A DNA stretch of 63,974 bases, counting the filler, from Guillardia theta CCMP2712 (Eukaryota; Protista; Cryptophyta), in assembly GCF_000315625.1 (NCBI RefSeq). It is 8 parts of 8 records of this genome, joined end to end, with 100 filler letters (N's around TTAATTAATTAA, not from the genome) between each part and the next. Parts side by side here need not be neighbours in the genome. Positions count along the whole stretch, not along the records: positions 62,218 to 63,974 come from NW_005434063.1; 7 more parts are not named here. One strand, 5' to 3'. Positions 63,576 through 63,974 of the stretch are shown here, piece after piece. The first letter of the stretch is position 1. Every line of letters begins with the position of its first letter. Made by a program: the position numbers and the translations under genes. Below the pieces are notes generated by a model. It saw only the letters and a list, made by a program, of their open reading frames with translations. It was not told the DNA's origin and ran no database searches.

Positions 63576-63974
63576 CAGAACAGAGAACAGTGAGACAGTC
63601 CCTTCTACCCACTCCAATCTTGCGAGGTGACGGTAATGTGATGGTTGGAGGGGGTAGAAGGGAAGGGAGGGAGGGAGGAGGGGAGAAAAATGTGGTTGGG
63701 TGGAGGAGGCGGGATAGGGAACGAGGAGAGGAGTGCAGAGGAGAGGAGTGGAGTGGAGAGGAGTGGAGAGGAGTGGAGAGGAGTGGAGAGCAGTGGAGAC
63801 AAGGAGAGGAGAGCGGAGGAGGGGAGACTAGAGGGCGAGGCAGACGGAGAGGGAGATCGAGAGGCAGACGGAGCCGCGTTGGTTTATGTCACGGGATCTC
63901 GCGTTGACATCGCTCCTGGCACCGGTCGGCGAAAAAATCTTTAGTTTCTCTCCCTGCGTCCCTTCTGTCTGCGT

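Overview
Eukaryotic, intron-rich nuclear DNA, most likely the cryptophyte Guillardia theta. This is inferred from the microsatellite-filled introns, bipartite plastid-targeting peptides, TTTAGGG repeats and a DTD-type cation channelrhodopsin. The window consists of several contigs joined by N-TTAATTAATTAA-N linkers, so adjacency across linkers is uncertain. Bases 1-46 kb hold ordinary spliced genes: a ZSWIM2-like RING-ZZ-RING E3 ligase, a TRP/Flc-like multipass membrane protein with an 11-mer repeat, a CCDC13-like protein, a PDZ protein, an Mpv17/PMP22 protein, a GtCCR4-type channelrhodopsin, a lumen-targeted DUF861 cupin, an Sfi1-like protein, a LysM-IPT-glycosyltransferase, a plastid SDR and a GT2-like protein. 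The contig at 46.2-56.2 kb is a mobile-element compound. It carries an intronless RAG1/Transib-like DDE transposase and a fragment of a two-ORF LINE-like element cut off by (TTTAGGG)4. That is followed by 34 perfect copies of a 19-mer that looks like a reiterated RNA 5' leader, then head-to-tail in-frame 2160-bp copies of an ORF1-like gene whose differences are mostly synonymous. Exon boundaries are approximate except for the rhodopsin, and all homology calls are by motif recognition without database searches.
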